NCBI GenBank assembly: GCA_963765075.1
Contig: CAVXVA010000001.1
Location: 870,075 to 934,074, forward strand
Direction: 5' to 3'
Source of the DNA: an uncultured Acidimicrobiia bacterium
GTDB lineage: Bacteria; Actinomycetota; Acidimicrobiia; IMCC26256; JAENVU01
Length of the DNA: 64,000 bases
The notes below the pieces were generated by a model. That model saw only the letters and a program-made list of their open reading frames with translations. It did not search any database and was not told where the DNA came from. Shown piece after piece: positions 36,029 through 43,911 of the stretch. Position 1 is the stretch's first letter. Each line of letters begins with the position of its first letter. A program made the translations under genes and the position numbers.

Positions 36029-37990
36029 ATGACCCGCGACTCCAATGACCACACGCTGACGTTTCACAAGGTGGCGGAGTTGGATGATCTGCCGGATGGG
36101 CGGGTGCGGACGGTGCTGGCGGGCAAGCACTCGATCGCGTTGACTCGGGTCGGCGACCAGTACGGCGCGCTCGACAACCACTGCCCGCACCAGGGCGGAC
36201 CGCTCGGCGAAGGTTCGATCGAGAAAGGGATGCTGCGCTGCCCCTGGCACGGGTACGACTACGACCCGCTCACCGGAACTCCCCCATCGGGCTTCTCCGA
36301 CGCGCCGGCCTGCTACCCACTCGAAGTCCGCGCCGACGGTATCTATGTCGGCCTCCCGGCCGATCATCCGCACGAGCGGACCGTCTCGGATGTCATGGTC
36401 GAGACGATGGTCGAGTGGGGCGTCACCCACGTATTCGGCATGGTCGGACACTCCAACCTCGGATTCGCCGACGCGATGCGGCGCGCCGAAGTCGCCGGTG
36501 ACCTCACCTTCGTCGGGATCCGCCACGAAGGTGCCGCCGCGTTCGCGGCGTCGGCCTACGGCAAGCTCACCGGTCGGCCGGCCGCGTGCTTCGCGATCGC
36601 CGGCCCGGGATCGACGAACTTGCTCACGGGCCTCTACGACGCGAAGGCCGACCGCGCACCGGTGCTCGCGATCTCGGGTCAGGTGCCTTCGAAGGTACTC
36701 GGGCGGGGCGCGTTCCAGGATGTGGATCTCAACGCGGCGTTCGCCGCGGTGTCGTCCTACTCCAAGACCGTGCTCCCTGATTCGGACCATGCCGAGTTGA
36801 TGACACTCGCACTGAAACACGCGACCGTCCAGCGTGAGGTCGCGCACCTCGTGTTCCCCGACGAGGTACAGGAGAAGGTCGTCGGTGACTCGCCGCGCCC
36901 ATCCTCACCCGTCGGGCGCGTGGCCGATACGCAGATCGCTCCCCCCGCCGACGCGCTCCAGCGCGCACTCGACCTCATCGAGTCGGCGCGGCGACCGGTG
37001 ATCGTGGTCGGCCACGGAGCCCGCTTCGACATGGACGCGGTCCTCGAGCTGGCCAACACGCTCGGGGCGCCGGTGCTGACCACGTTCAAGGCGAAAGGGC
37101 AGATCTCCGACCACCATCCGCTCGGCGCGGGTGTGTTGGGGCGCAGCGGCACGCCGGTCGCGAGTTGGCTCATGAACGAATCCGACGTCCTGATCGTGCT
37201 CGGCGCGTCGTTCTCCAACCACACCGGGATCGCCTCGTACAAGCCCATCGTGCAAGTCGACTTCGACCCGATGGCGCTCGGTCGGTTCCATCCTGTCACC
37301 GTCCCGGTTCACGGTCACGTGGGCGTCACCGCGCGGCTGATCGTCGAACGGCTGGCACCGGGCGGCGAACGGGTCGATCAACGGCCCGACGTCGCCGCCC
37401 GCTGGGAGATCTGGCGGGCCGAGAAGGCGCGCCGGGTGGCCGACGACCGCGGGCTCGGAGTGTCGTCTGCGGCGATCTTCGACGCGATGAACCGGCACGT
37501 GCCGACCGACGCGGTGATGACCGTCGACGTCGGGAACCAGGCCTACTCGTTCGGTCGCTACTTCGAATGCACCGCACAGTCGGTGCTGATGTCGGGCTAC
37601 CTCGGTTCGATCGGATTCGGCTTCCCCGCGGCAATGGGTGCCTGGGCGGCCGTGGGCGACACCCGCCCAATCGTCGCGGTGACCGGCGACGGCGGGTTCG
37701 GTCAGTACCTTGCCGAGCTCACCACGGCCGTGAAGTACAACATGCCGATCACCCACGTGCTGCTCGACAACGCATCGCTCGGCAAGATCACGAAGGAGCA
37801 ACGGGCCGCGGAGTACGAGGTGTGGCACACCGATCTCCTGAACCCGGACTTCGCGGCCTACGCCGAGTTGTGCGGGGCGATGGGTCTCCGGGTCGATCGG
37901 GCCGACCAACTCGACGACGCGTTGACCCGCGCCCTCGCTCACGACGGCCCCGCGCTCGTCGCCGTGACCGCAGACGCCGAACTCATCTGA
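36029..37990 (+). CDS. Rieske [2Fe-2S] domain fused to a TPP-dependent pyruvate-oxidase/acetolactate-synthase-like enzyme
   Basis: The N-terminus is CPHQGGPL...CPWHGYDY. The TPP enzyme N-domain (...GVTHVFGMVGHSNLGF...IRHEGAAAFAASAY...) follows, with the TPP motif GDGGFGQY...NMPITHVLLDN. GGAGG precedes the ATG. Confidence 0.85.
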   Translation: MTRDSNDHTLTFHKVAELDDLPDGRVRTVLAGKHSIALTRVGDQYGALDNHCPHQGGPLGEGSIEKGMLRCPWHGYDYDPLTGTPPSGFSDAPACYPLEVRADGIYVGLPADHPHERTVSDVMVETMVEWGVTHVFGMVGHSNLGFADAMRRAEVAGDLTFVGIRHEGAAAFAASAYGKLTGRPAACFAIAGPGSTNLLTGLYDAKADRAPVLAISGQVPSKVLGRGAFQDVDLNAAFAAVSSYSKTVLPDSDHAELMTLALKHATVQREVAHLVFPDEVQEKVVGDSPRPSSPVGRVADTQIAPPADALQRALDLIESARRPVIVVGHGARFDMDAVLELANTLGAPVLTTFKAKGQISDHHPLGAGVLGRSGTPVASWLMNESDVLIVLGASFSNHTGIASYKPIVQVDFDPMALGRFHPVTVPVHGHVGVTARLIVERLAPGGERVDQRPDVAARWEIWRAEKARRVADDRGLGVSSAAIFDAMNRHVPTDAVMTVDVGNQAYSFGRYFECTAQSVLMSGYLGSIGFGFPAAMGAWAAVGDTRPIVAVTGDGGFGQYLAELTTAVKYNMPITHVLLDNASLGKITKEQRAAEYEVWHTDLLNPDFAAYAELCGAMGLRVDRADQLDDALTRALAHDGPALVAVTADAELI

Positions 37991-37991
37991 C

Positions 37992-39221
37992 GTGCTGATC
38001 GACCTCGCGCGTTCGCATCGCGGAGCGGTGAGGTACGAGCGGTCGACGTCGTCGCGGAATGGCAGGGCCGATTGGAGTCGGCGCACGCCGCGACGAACTG
38101 TGTCGCGGCGTGGAACCCGGCCGCGCTCGATGAGGCGGCGGAGCTTGGATCGGCAGCGGGCCGCCGAGGGTCCCATCGGTCCGCTCCATGGCGTTCCGGT
38201 CACGATCAAGGACTGGATCGACGTCGCCGGGATGGCCTGCTCCGGCGGTGAGAGCGATCCACCGCGATCGGGTGCCCGCGCGCAACGCGACCGTGGTGGA
38301 TCGCCTCCGAGCCGCCGGTGCTGTCGTGCTCGCGAAGACCGCGGTCCAGGTCGACAGCGAACTCTTCGGTGTCGTCCGCCACCCGCTCGCGCCGGATCGG
38401 TCACCGGGCGGGTCCAGCAGTGGCGAGTGTGCGGCGGTCGGTGCTGGCGGATCGCCCGTCGGATTCGGCAGCGATTCCGGCGGCAGCATCCGCGTTCCCG
38501 CCGCGTGGTGCGGGGTCGCCGGGCTCAAGCCGTCGGCGGGCCGAGTGTCGACCGTCGGGCACTTCCCCCATGCGGGCGAGCGGCTCGACGGCCGCACCCA
38601 GATCGGCCCCATCGCTTTGTCGGTCCGCGAACTCGCCGCGGTCCTGCCGATCATCGCCGGGCCCGACGGCCTCGATGCCGGACTCGCGCCGGTGCCACTC
38701 GGCGAACCGAGCGCCGTGTCGATCCGCGGCCTGCGCGTCGGGTGGGCGTTCGACGCCGCCGTCGAGACGCACGGGCCCATCGTCGACGCCGTGCATCGCG
38801 CCGTCGACACGCTCATCGCGAGTGGCGCCCAGCCCGCGGGTGTAGTCCCTCAGCACTTCGACGAGGCCATGACGGTCACGCTCGGCTATTGGCAGCGACG
38901 GGCCGGCCGGACTCTCCGGTTGGGACGTCGACGCCCACTTCGGGGCGTGGGATCGGTATCGACATCCGCATGCTCCGCGCCCATGCCGATGTCGACGTGG
39001 TCGTGATGCCGGCGACTACGGACCCGGCGCCGTTGCACCGCGAGATGACCGTCGAGGACTACCGGTACACGCTTCCCGCGAGCCTCACCGGCGCGCCCGC
39101 AGTGGTCTTCCCCATGGGTTCGGCCGATGGGCTACCCATCGCGGTGCAGGTGGTTGCGGCCCGCTGGCGCGACGATGTCGCACTGGCCGCCGCCATCGCG
39201 ATCGAAGCCGCACACCCATGA
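37992..39221 (+). pseudogene. Amidase (amidase-signature family) disrupted by at least five frameshifts
   Basis: Conserved amidase segments are spread over all three frames:
- LIDLAR / AFASRSGEVRAVDVVAEW...NPAALDEAAEL
- DRQRAAEGPIGPLHGVPVTIKDWIDVAGMACSGGE
- IHRDRVPARNATVVDRLRAAGAVVLAKT...GGSSSGECAAV...GSDSGGSIRVPAAWCG...LGYWQRR
- GPAGLSGWDVDAHFGAWDRY
- IDIRMLRAHADVDVVVMPATT...GAPAVVFPMG.ADGLPIAVQVVAARW. Confidence 0.75.
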
Positions 39222-39715
39222 CCGCAACGAAACTCAAGGCCCGAGGATCGGACCCATGGTCGATTGCCGCGGCCGTCTTGGCGGTTCCCGCCGCGACCGC
39301 GACGGCGTGGTTCGTGATCGGCGACCTGACGACGACCGAACCTGCTGGTGCCGACTACATCTTCCGGCAACCCGCTTGGCTCTCGGAGCACGAATCTGTG
39401 ATCGGCGTCGTGAGCATCGCCCTCCTCGCGATCGCACTGTTGGTGCTGGTTCTCCGGTGGCACCAACGCGAGACCCGAACCGAATGGCGAACGCTGACCA
39501 TCCTGTGGGTCGCCGCCGGGATTGGCATCGGGCTCACCGAACGAACGGTGACGATGGGCGTGATCGGCGCCAACATCGGCGGTGGCGCGCTCCTGCTCTT
39601 CGTTGTACCGGCAGGGATGCTCGTGCTGATCGTCATGAGCGTGGGGCTCATCCGGTCCGGGCGGCGCGCGGCCTCGCCGCCGAAAGCGGATGAGCCCAGC
39701 GATGGTCGCTCCTGA
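39218..39715 (+). CDS. Hypothetical membrane protein (about 4 TM)
   Basis: 165 aa with high GC3. The ATG overlaps the amidase stop (ATGA). No family was recognised. Confidence 0.6.
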   Translation: MTATKLKARGSDPWSIAAAVLAVPAATATAWFVIGDLTTTEPAGADYIFRQPAWLSEHESVIGVVSIALLAIALLVLVLRWHQRETRTEWRTLTILWVAAGIGIGLTERTVTMGVIGANIGGGALLLFVVPAGMLVLIVMSVGLIRSGRRAASPPKADEPSDGRS

Positions 39716-39728
39716 AGTCGGAGGCGCG

Positions 39729-40124
39729 TCACCTCGGGGAACGCGGTGAGTACGCGTCGACCTCGATCTCCACGAGATGTTCGGGATCGATCAGCCTCGA
39801 CACCTCCACCATCGTCGCCACGGGACGAACCGCGGCGAACACTTCGGCGTGCGCCCGACCGACGGCCTCCCAATCGCCGATCTTCACGACATACATGCGC
39901 GTCCGGACAACATCCGCGAACGACGCACCGGCCCGGGTCAGGGCATCGCCGATGATCCGCAGCGCCACCCGCGCTTGTTCCTCGGCATCGCCGATCCCGC
40001 CGACCACACCATCCACCGTCGCGGTCGTTCCCGCGACGTGGACGTGATCGCCGGCCCGCACGACCCGGCAGTAGCCGACCGCGACTTCCCAAGGGCTGTC
40101 GCTTCCATACCGCTCGATGGCCAT
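39729..40124 (-). CDS. RidA/YjgF family (reactive intermediate/imine deaminase-like) protein
   Basis: MAIERYGSDSPWEVAVGYCRVVRAGDHVHVAGTTA...TMVEVSRLIDPEHLVEIEVDA is present. ATG 40124 was chosen inside the longer ORF. Confidence 0.8.
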   Translation of the reverse strand: MAIERYGSDSPWEVAVGYCRVVRAGDHVHVAGTTATVDGVVGGIGDAEEQARVALRIIGDALTRAGASFADVVRTRMYVVKIGDWEAVGRAHAEVFAAVRPVATMVEVSRLIDPEHLVEIEVDAYSPRSPR

Positions 40125-40162
40125 GCCAACAGTGTGCTCGGCCGGTTCGCGGCGACGCGTGA

Positions 40163-41308
40163 TCACTCCAGCCGGTGCTGACTGGCGGGGAGCACGTAGA
40201 ACCAGAACGGCTGGGGTGCACCCGCGTCCTTCATCGCCTGCTGGGCCCGATGCAGCATCTTCCCGGTGACGGTCTGCTGCGCGAACCAGCTCTCGGCCGA
40301 TCGCGCGCCCGGGACGTGCTCCGAAAGCCCGGCGGCCGCCTGTTCGTAATAGCCGCGGATCGCGAGCCCGGCCGTCACCGGATTGTCGGGAATCTCGGCC
40401 TGATCCCACGGCGTGGCGTCGTCGGCGATCCGGGTGAACCCGCGGAGGGCGGCCTCCACGACGTCGGGATCGACCGCCGCCCGTATCCCACCCGATGCGC
40501 GATCGAATGCCTTGCGCAGACCGCGCATCTCGTCAACGGCCGCAGGGAGCGACGGATCGAGTCGCGCCGGCATGGGGCACGCGAGCGCAACGTCGACCTC
40601 GTCTTCGATCACGACCGGATAGGTCGCAAGCGTCGGTTCGGTCGCGTCGAGCAATCCAAACGCGGCCCGAAGCACCTCGTGTTGGAACTCAGGGTCGCGC
40701 GGTTTGCCGAGCGGCCGCCCGAGCGGGAACTGGCAGTAGAGGCCGCGCGGGATCGGCATCCGCGCCGCAACTTCGTGCATCGAGATCAGCGAGACGGTGG
40801 CGATCCCTGCGGCTTCGAACGTGTATGCGAGCGCACCGACCGTGCGCGTACAGAGCGGTCAGACGGGAGTGAGGAGGACGACGTCGGTCCCCTGCTCCTG
40901 CAAGCGATGCGCGGCCTGCGGGCCGGTGTCGTGGAGGATCGTCGCGAGGTCGGACTGCGCACCCATGAACGAAAAATGATTCGGCGCGACGCTTCCGATG
41001 GTTCCGTCGGCCGCGAGCTCATCGAGCCGATCCACCGGGTAGACGACGTTGCGGTCGAGCATCATGCCGCTGCGGTCGAGGTTCTGACTGTTGTGACTGA
41101 TGGTGACGTCGTCGCGGCCGTGCGGGAGGACCCGGTAGCCCGGGTCGAAGATGCCGAAACTGTCTTCCGACGCCAGATGCAGACCGGCGGTGGTGACGAT
41201 CGCAACTTGCGCGTCGGCGAGGTTCGGAGCAGCCGCGAACGGAGCGCCCTCCAGCTCGGGCACGGGCAGCGACGCCATCACTGCTCGCATGTCGTGGTCA
41301 GCACCCAT
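40163..41308 (-). CDS. Glycine/sarcosine/betaine/D-proline reductase selenoprotein-B (GrdB/PrdB) family protein; predicted selenocysteine encoded by in-frame TGA at 40859-40861
   Basis: Two track ORFs (40859..41341 and 40163..40780) are in the same frame and separated only by one TGA. Read-through gives ...VVLLTPV-U-PLCTRTVGALAYTFEAAGIATVSL...FPLGRPLGKP.... A SECIS-like hairpin follows the TGA. ATG 41308 is preceded by GAAGGA. Confidence 0.7.
40822..40852 (-). promoter_or_regulatory. Candidate bacterial SECIS element (selenocysteine insertion hairpin)
   Basis: In the mRNA, nt 15-31 after the U of UGA read GCGCAC-GGUCG-GUGCGC. That is a perfect 6-bp stem with an apical loop containing GGUC. 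A lower helix UGUA/UACA is possible. Confidence 0.6.
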
Positions 41309-41347
41309 GAAACGTCCTTCGCTCGTCCAGGCGGCCGGCAATCGGGG

Positions 41348-41578
41348 TCAAGCTACCCGTGTGCGTGCATGTACTGAGTCGCCGAGCACGCCAACGAAGA
41401 ACGAGGCGAGGCGAGCGACATCGGTCGTCGCGAGCTGGAAGGTCGACGCACACGCACCATCGCGCCAGTGACTCATCACGACGACGCGGTCGGCGTGATG
41501 CCAGGTGGCCCGCAGGCACGTGTCCCGAGAGTCGGCCAGAAGCATTGACGGCGAAGCGACGAGCTCAGTCGAGATCAT
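41348..41578 (-). CDS. Hypothetical small protein (76 aa)
   Basis: High-GC3 ORF ending 40 nt upstream of the GrdB-like start. No family was recognised. Confidence 0.45.
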   Translation of the reverse strand: MISTELVASPSMLLADSRDTCLRATWHHADRVVVMSHWRDGACASTFQLATTDVARLASFFVGVLGDSVHARTRVA

Positions 41579-41965
41579 GTACGCAGTATGGGCCTCCGGA
41601 TGGAGTTCGACAACCAGGAGCGCGCGGCGTCACTCGGGACGTGGAATACGTGCGGGATATCCACTCCCGCCGCCGCGATCCCACCGCCAGAACACGACGT
41701 CGGGCGCTGCTCTCACTAGGGGCAACAAGAATCAGATCGGTGAACCGACCTCGGCAGCACCACCCGCTTCGGCACGCACCCCGACGACGCGACGCTACCG
41801 GGAGCCACACCAATCTCGATGGGTGGTGGAGTCGATGAGCGTTCGTGTCGACGGTCATCAAATACCACCGCGCATCAGGAATAGAACCCGTGAGCCGGCT
41901 GGACACTTGGAAGGACTTCGCAGCTTCCGGGGCATTTGTGCAGTCTGAGGGGTGGTCTCACCCTC

Positions 41966-43174
41966 ATGCCAGAATGCGAACTGATGTTCGATACTGACGA
42001 TTTCGTTGCTGATACGGCGTTCGCAGGGGTGGCCGAGACCATCGACCGGCTCCGCAGCGAGTCACGGGCCGAATGGTGCAGCGCGGCACGATCGCAACGG
42101 GTCAAGCAGATCGGTCAGAGCATCGAGGCGCTCCACGCCGAGTTCATCCGTGCCGTTGAGGTGTGGGACGGGGCGGGTGACCACGCCGCGGAGGGGGCCC
42201 TGAGTTCGACCGCATGGCTGACCCAGCATGTTCCGATGACCCGCGCCGCCGCGTCTCGGGCCGTGTCGGCGGCGCGCATGATCCGTCGTTCGGAACCATT
42301 GGCCGCGGCCCTTCATGATGGGCGTACCACCGTCGCGCACCTCGAGCAGGCGGCGAGGGCCGTCCACCGTCGCGAGGACATCTTCGAAACCCACGGAACC
42401 TCGCTGGTCGATGCCGCGACCGACGTCAGCCCCGAGGACTTCCGCGAGTGTGCCGCGTCCTGGCGGGCAAAGGCCGACGATCTCATCGGCGCACTCGACG
42501 ATCCGTTCGACGATGCCCGGGACGAACTCATCCTCTCCCCGACCACCGGTGGGCTCGGTCTGCGCGGATGGTTCCACGCCGCGGCCGGCGTCGAGATCAT
42601 GAACTTGATCGACACGTACGACCACCCCGACCCTGTGGACGGGGATCGTCCGCCTCGCACGATCGCTCAACGTCGGGCCGCCGCACTGTACGCGTTGTTG
42701 TTCGACGGTCGGGCGCTGAGCCCGAAGCAGGTCGATGTCGTGATCGACAAGGAGACTCTTCGCGCCGAATGGACGTCGGATCTCATTCGGACGCGCACCC
42801 ATGTCGAGGGCTACGGACCCGTTCCCTGTTCGCTCATCCGCAGCTGGCTGACCGAGGCGACACTCCGCCGCATTGTGTCCACCGAATCCGAAATCCTTGA
42901 CGTCGGGCGGAGCGCCCGCCTTGCCTCTCCTGCGCAGCGGCGGGCACTTCGCCACCGCGACGGTGGGTGTGTCATCCCGGGATGTCGCCGTCCGCCCCAA
43001 TGGACCGACGCTCACCACATCGTGACCTACCTCGGCGGAGGGCTGAGCGACCTCGCGAACTTCGCGCTGGTCTGTCGGCGCCACCACCGCATGCTCGACC
43101 GTGGCTGGATGCTCACGGGAAGTCCCGTCGCCGGGTGGGAGTTTTCCTCGGCGCTCGACCAGGCGCCGCCGTAG
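41966..43174 (+). CDS. DUF222 domain / HNH endonuclease (13E12-repeat-like) protein
   Basis: The C-terminal HNH motif is RHRDGGCVIPGCRRPPQWTDAHHIVTYLGGG...LVCRRHHRMLD, with a DUF222-like N-terminus. The start is uncertain (41966 or 41984). Confidence 0.85.
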   Translation: MPECELMFDTDDFVADTAFAGVAETIDRLRSESRAEWCSAARSQRVKQIGQSIEALHAEFIRAVEVWDGAGDHAAEGALSSTAWLTQHVPMTRAAASRAVSAARMIRRSEPLAAALHDGRTTVAHLEQAARAVHRREDIFETHGTSLVDAATDVSPEDFRECAASWRAKADDLIGALDDPFDDARDELILSPTTGGLGLRGWFHAAAGVEIMNLIDTYDHPDPVDGDRPPRTIAQRRAAALYALLFDGRALSPKQVDVVIDKETLRAEWTSDLIRTRTHVEGYGPVPCSLIRSWLTEATLRRIVSTESEILDVGRSARLASPAQRRALRHRDGGCVIPGCRRPPQWTDAHHIVTYLGGGLSDLANFALVCRRHHRMLDRGWMLTGSPVAGWEFSSALDQAPP

Positions 43175-43239
43175 CGACGGCTGGGCCGAACCCTCGGGTG
43201 TCCCATGCCCACAGATTGCATGCCCCCGCGAGAGGACCC

Positions 43240-43911
43240 ATGATGGAATCAGTGAGCGAGCCGGGTGGGTCCACACACGAAGACGATGAGCTCGTCGCGC
43301 GACTTCGCGCCGGCGATGAGACGGCGTTTCGGGATTTGCTCGACCGATTCGACTCGCCGCTCCGACGCGCCGCACGCACCTACGTGGCGACCGATGCCGC
43401 CGCCGACGAGGTCGTCCAGGACGTGTGGGTTGGCGTGCTTCGGGGCATCGACCGGTTCGAGCAGCGATCGTCACTCAAGACCTGGATCTATCGCATCTTG
43501 ATGAACATCGCCCGGACCCGCGGCACGCGCGACAAGCGCAGCATTCCGTTCGCGAGCCTGGGCCGTGACGTCGAAGACGACGATACGCCGACCTTTTCGC
43601 CCGACCGGTTCCACGACGCGCAGGGCGCGCATCCCGGACACTGGTCGGCGTTCCCGACGCGCTGGCACGATCTTCCTGAAGTGCGGGCCGTGGGCCACGA
43701 GACACTCGCCGTGGTTCGGGACGCGCTCGATCGTCTCCCGCCGACCCAGCAAGAAGTCGTCCGGCTCCGCGATGTGGAGGGATGGACGAGCGTCGAGGTC
43801 TGTAACACCCTCGATCTCACCGAGACGAACCAACGAGTGTTGTTGCACCGAGGCCGCGCCAAACTGCGGGCAGCGCTCGAGTCCTACTTCGACACCGAGG
43901 GGGAAGCGTGA
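43240..43911 (+). CDS. ECF (sigma-70 family) RNA polymerase sigma factor
   Basis: Region 2 is ...VQDVWVGVLRGIDRFEQRSSLKTWIYRILMNIAR and region 4 is ...PPTQQEVVRLRDVEGWTSVEVCNTLDLTETNQRVLLHRGRAKLR. GAGAGGA precedes the ATG. Confidence 0.9.
   Translation: MMESVSEPGGSTHEDDELVARLRAGDETAFRDLLDRFDSPLRRAARTYVATDAAADEVVQDVWVGVLRGIDRFEQRSSLKTWIYRILMNIARTRGTRDKRSIPFASLGRDVEDDDTPTFSPDRFHDAQGAHPGHWSAFPTRWHDLPEVRAVGHETLAVVRDALDRLPPTQQEVVRLRDVEGWTSVEVCNTLDLTETNQRVLLHRGRAKLRAALESYFDTEGEA

Noticed and set aside
41579-41965. Possible tRNA-Sec (selC) or other tRNA next to the selenoprotein gene.
   Set aside because: I found no acceptor/T-arm pairing and no GGTTCGA-type T-loop with a complementary stem. I also found no anticodon loop presenting UCA on either strand. 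The GGAAG...CTTCC hairpin at 41909-41930 does not fit a cloverleaf. A covariance-model scan is still advisable.
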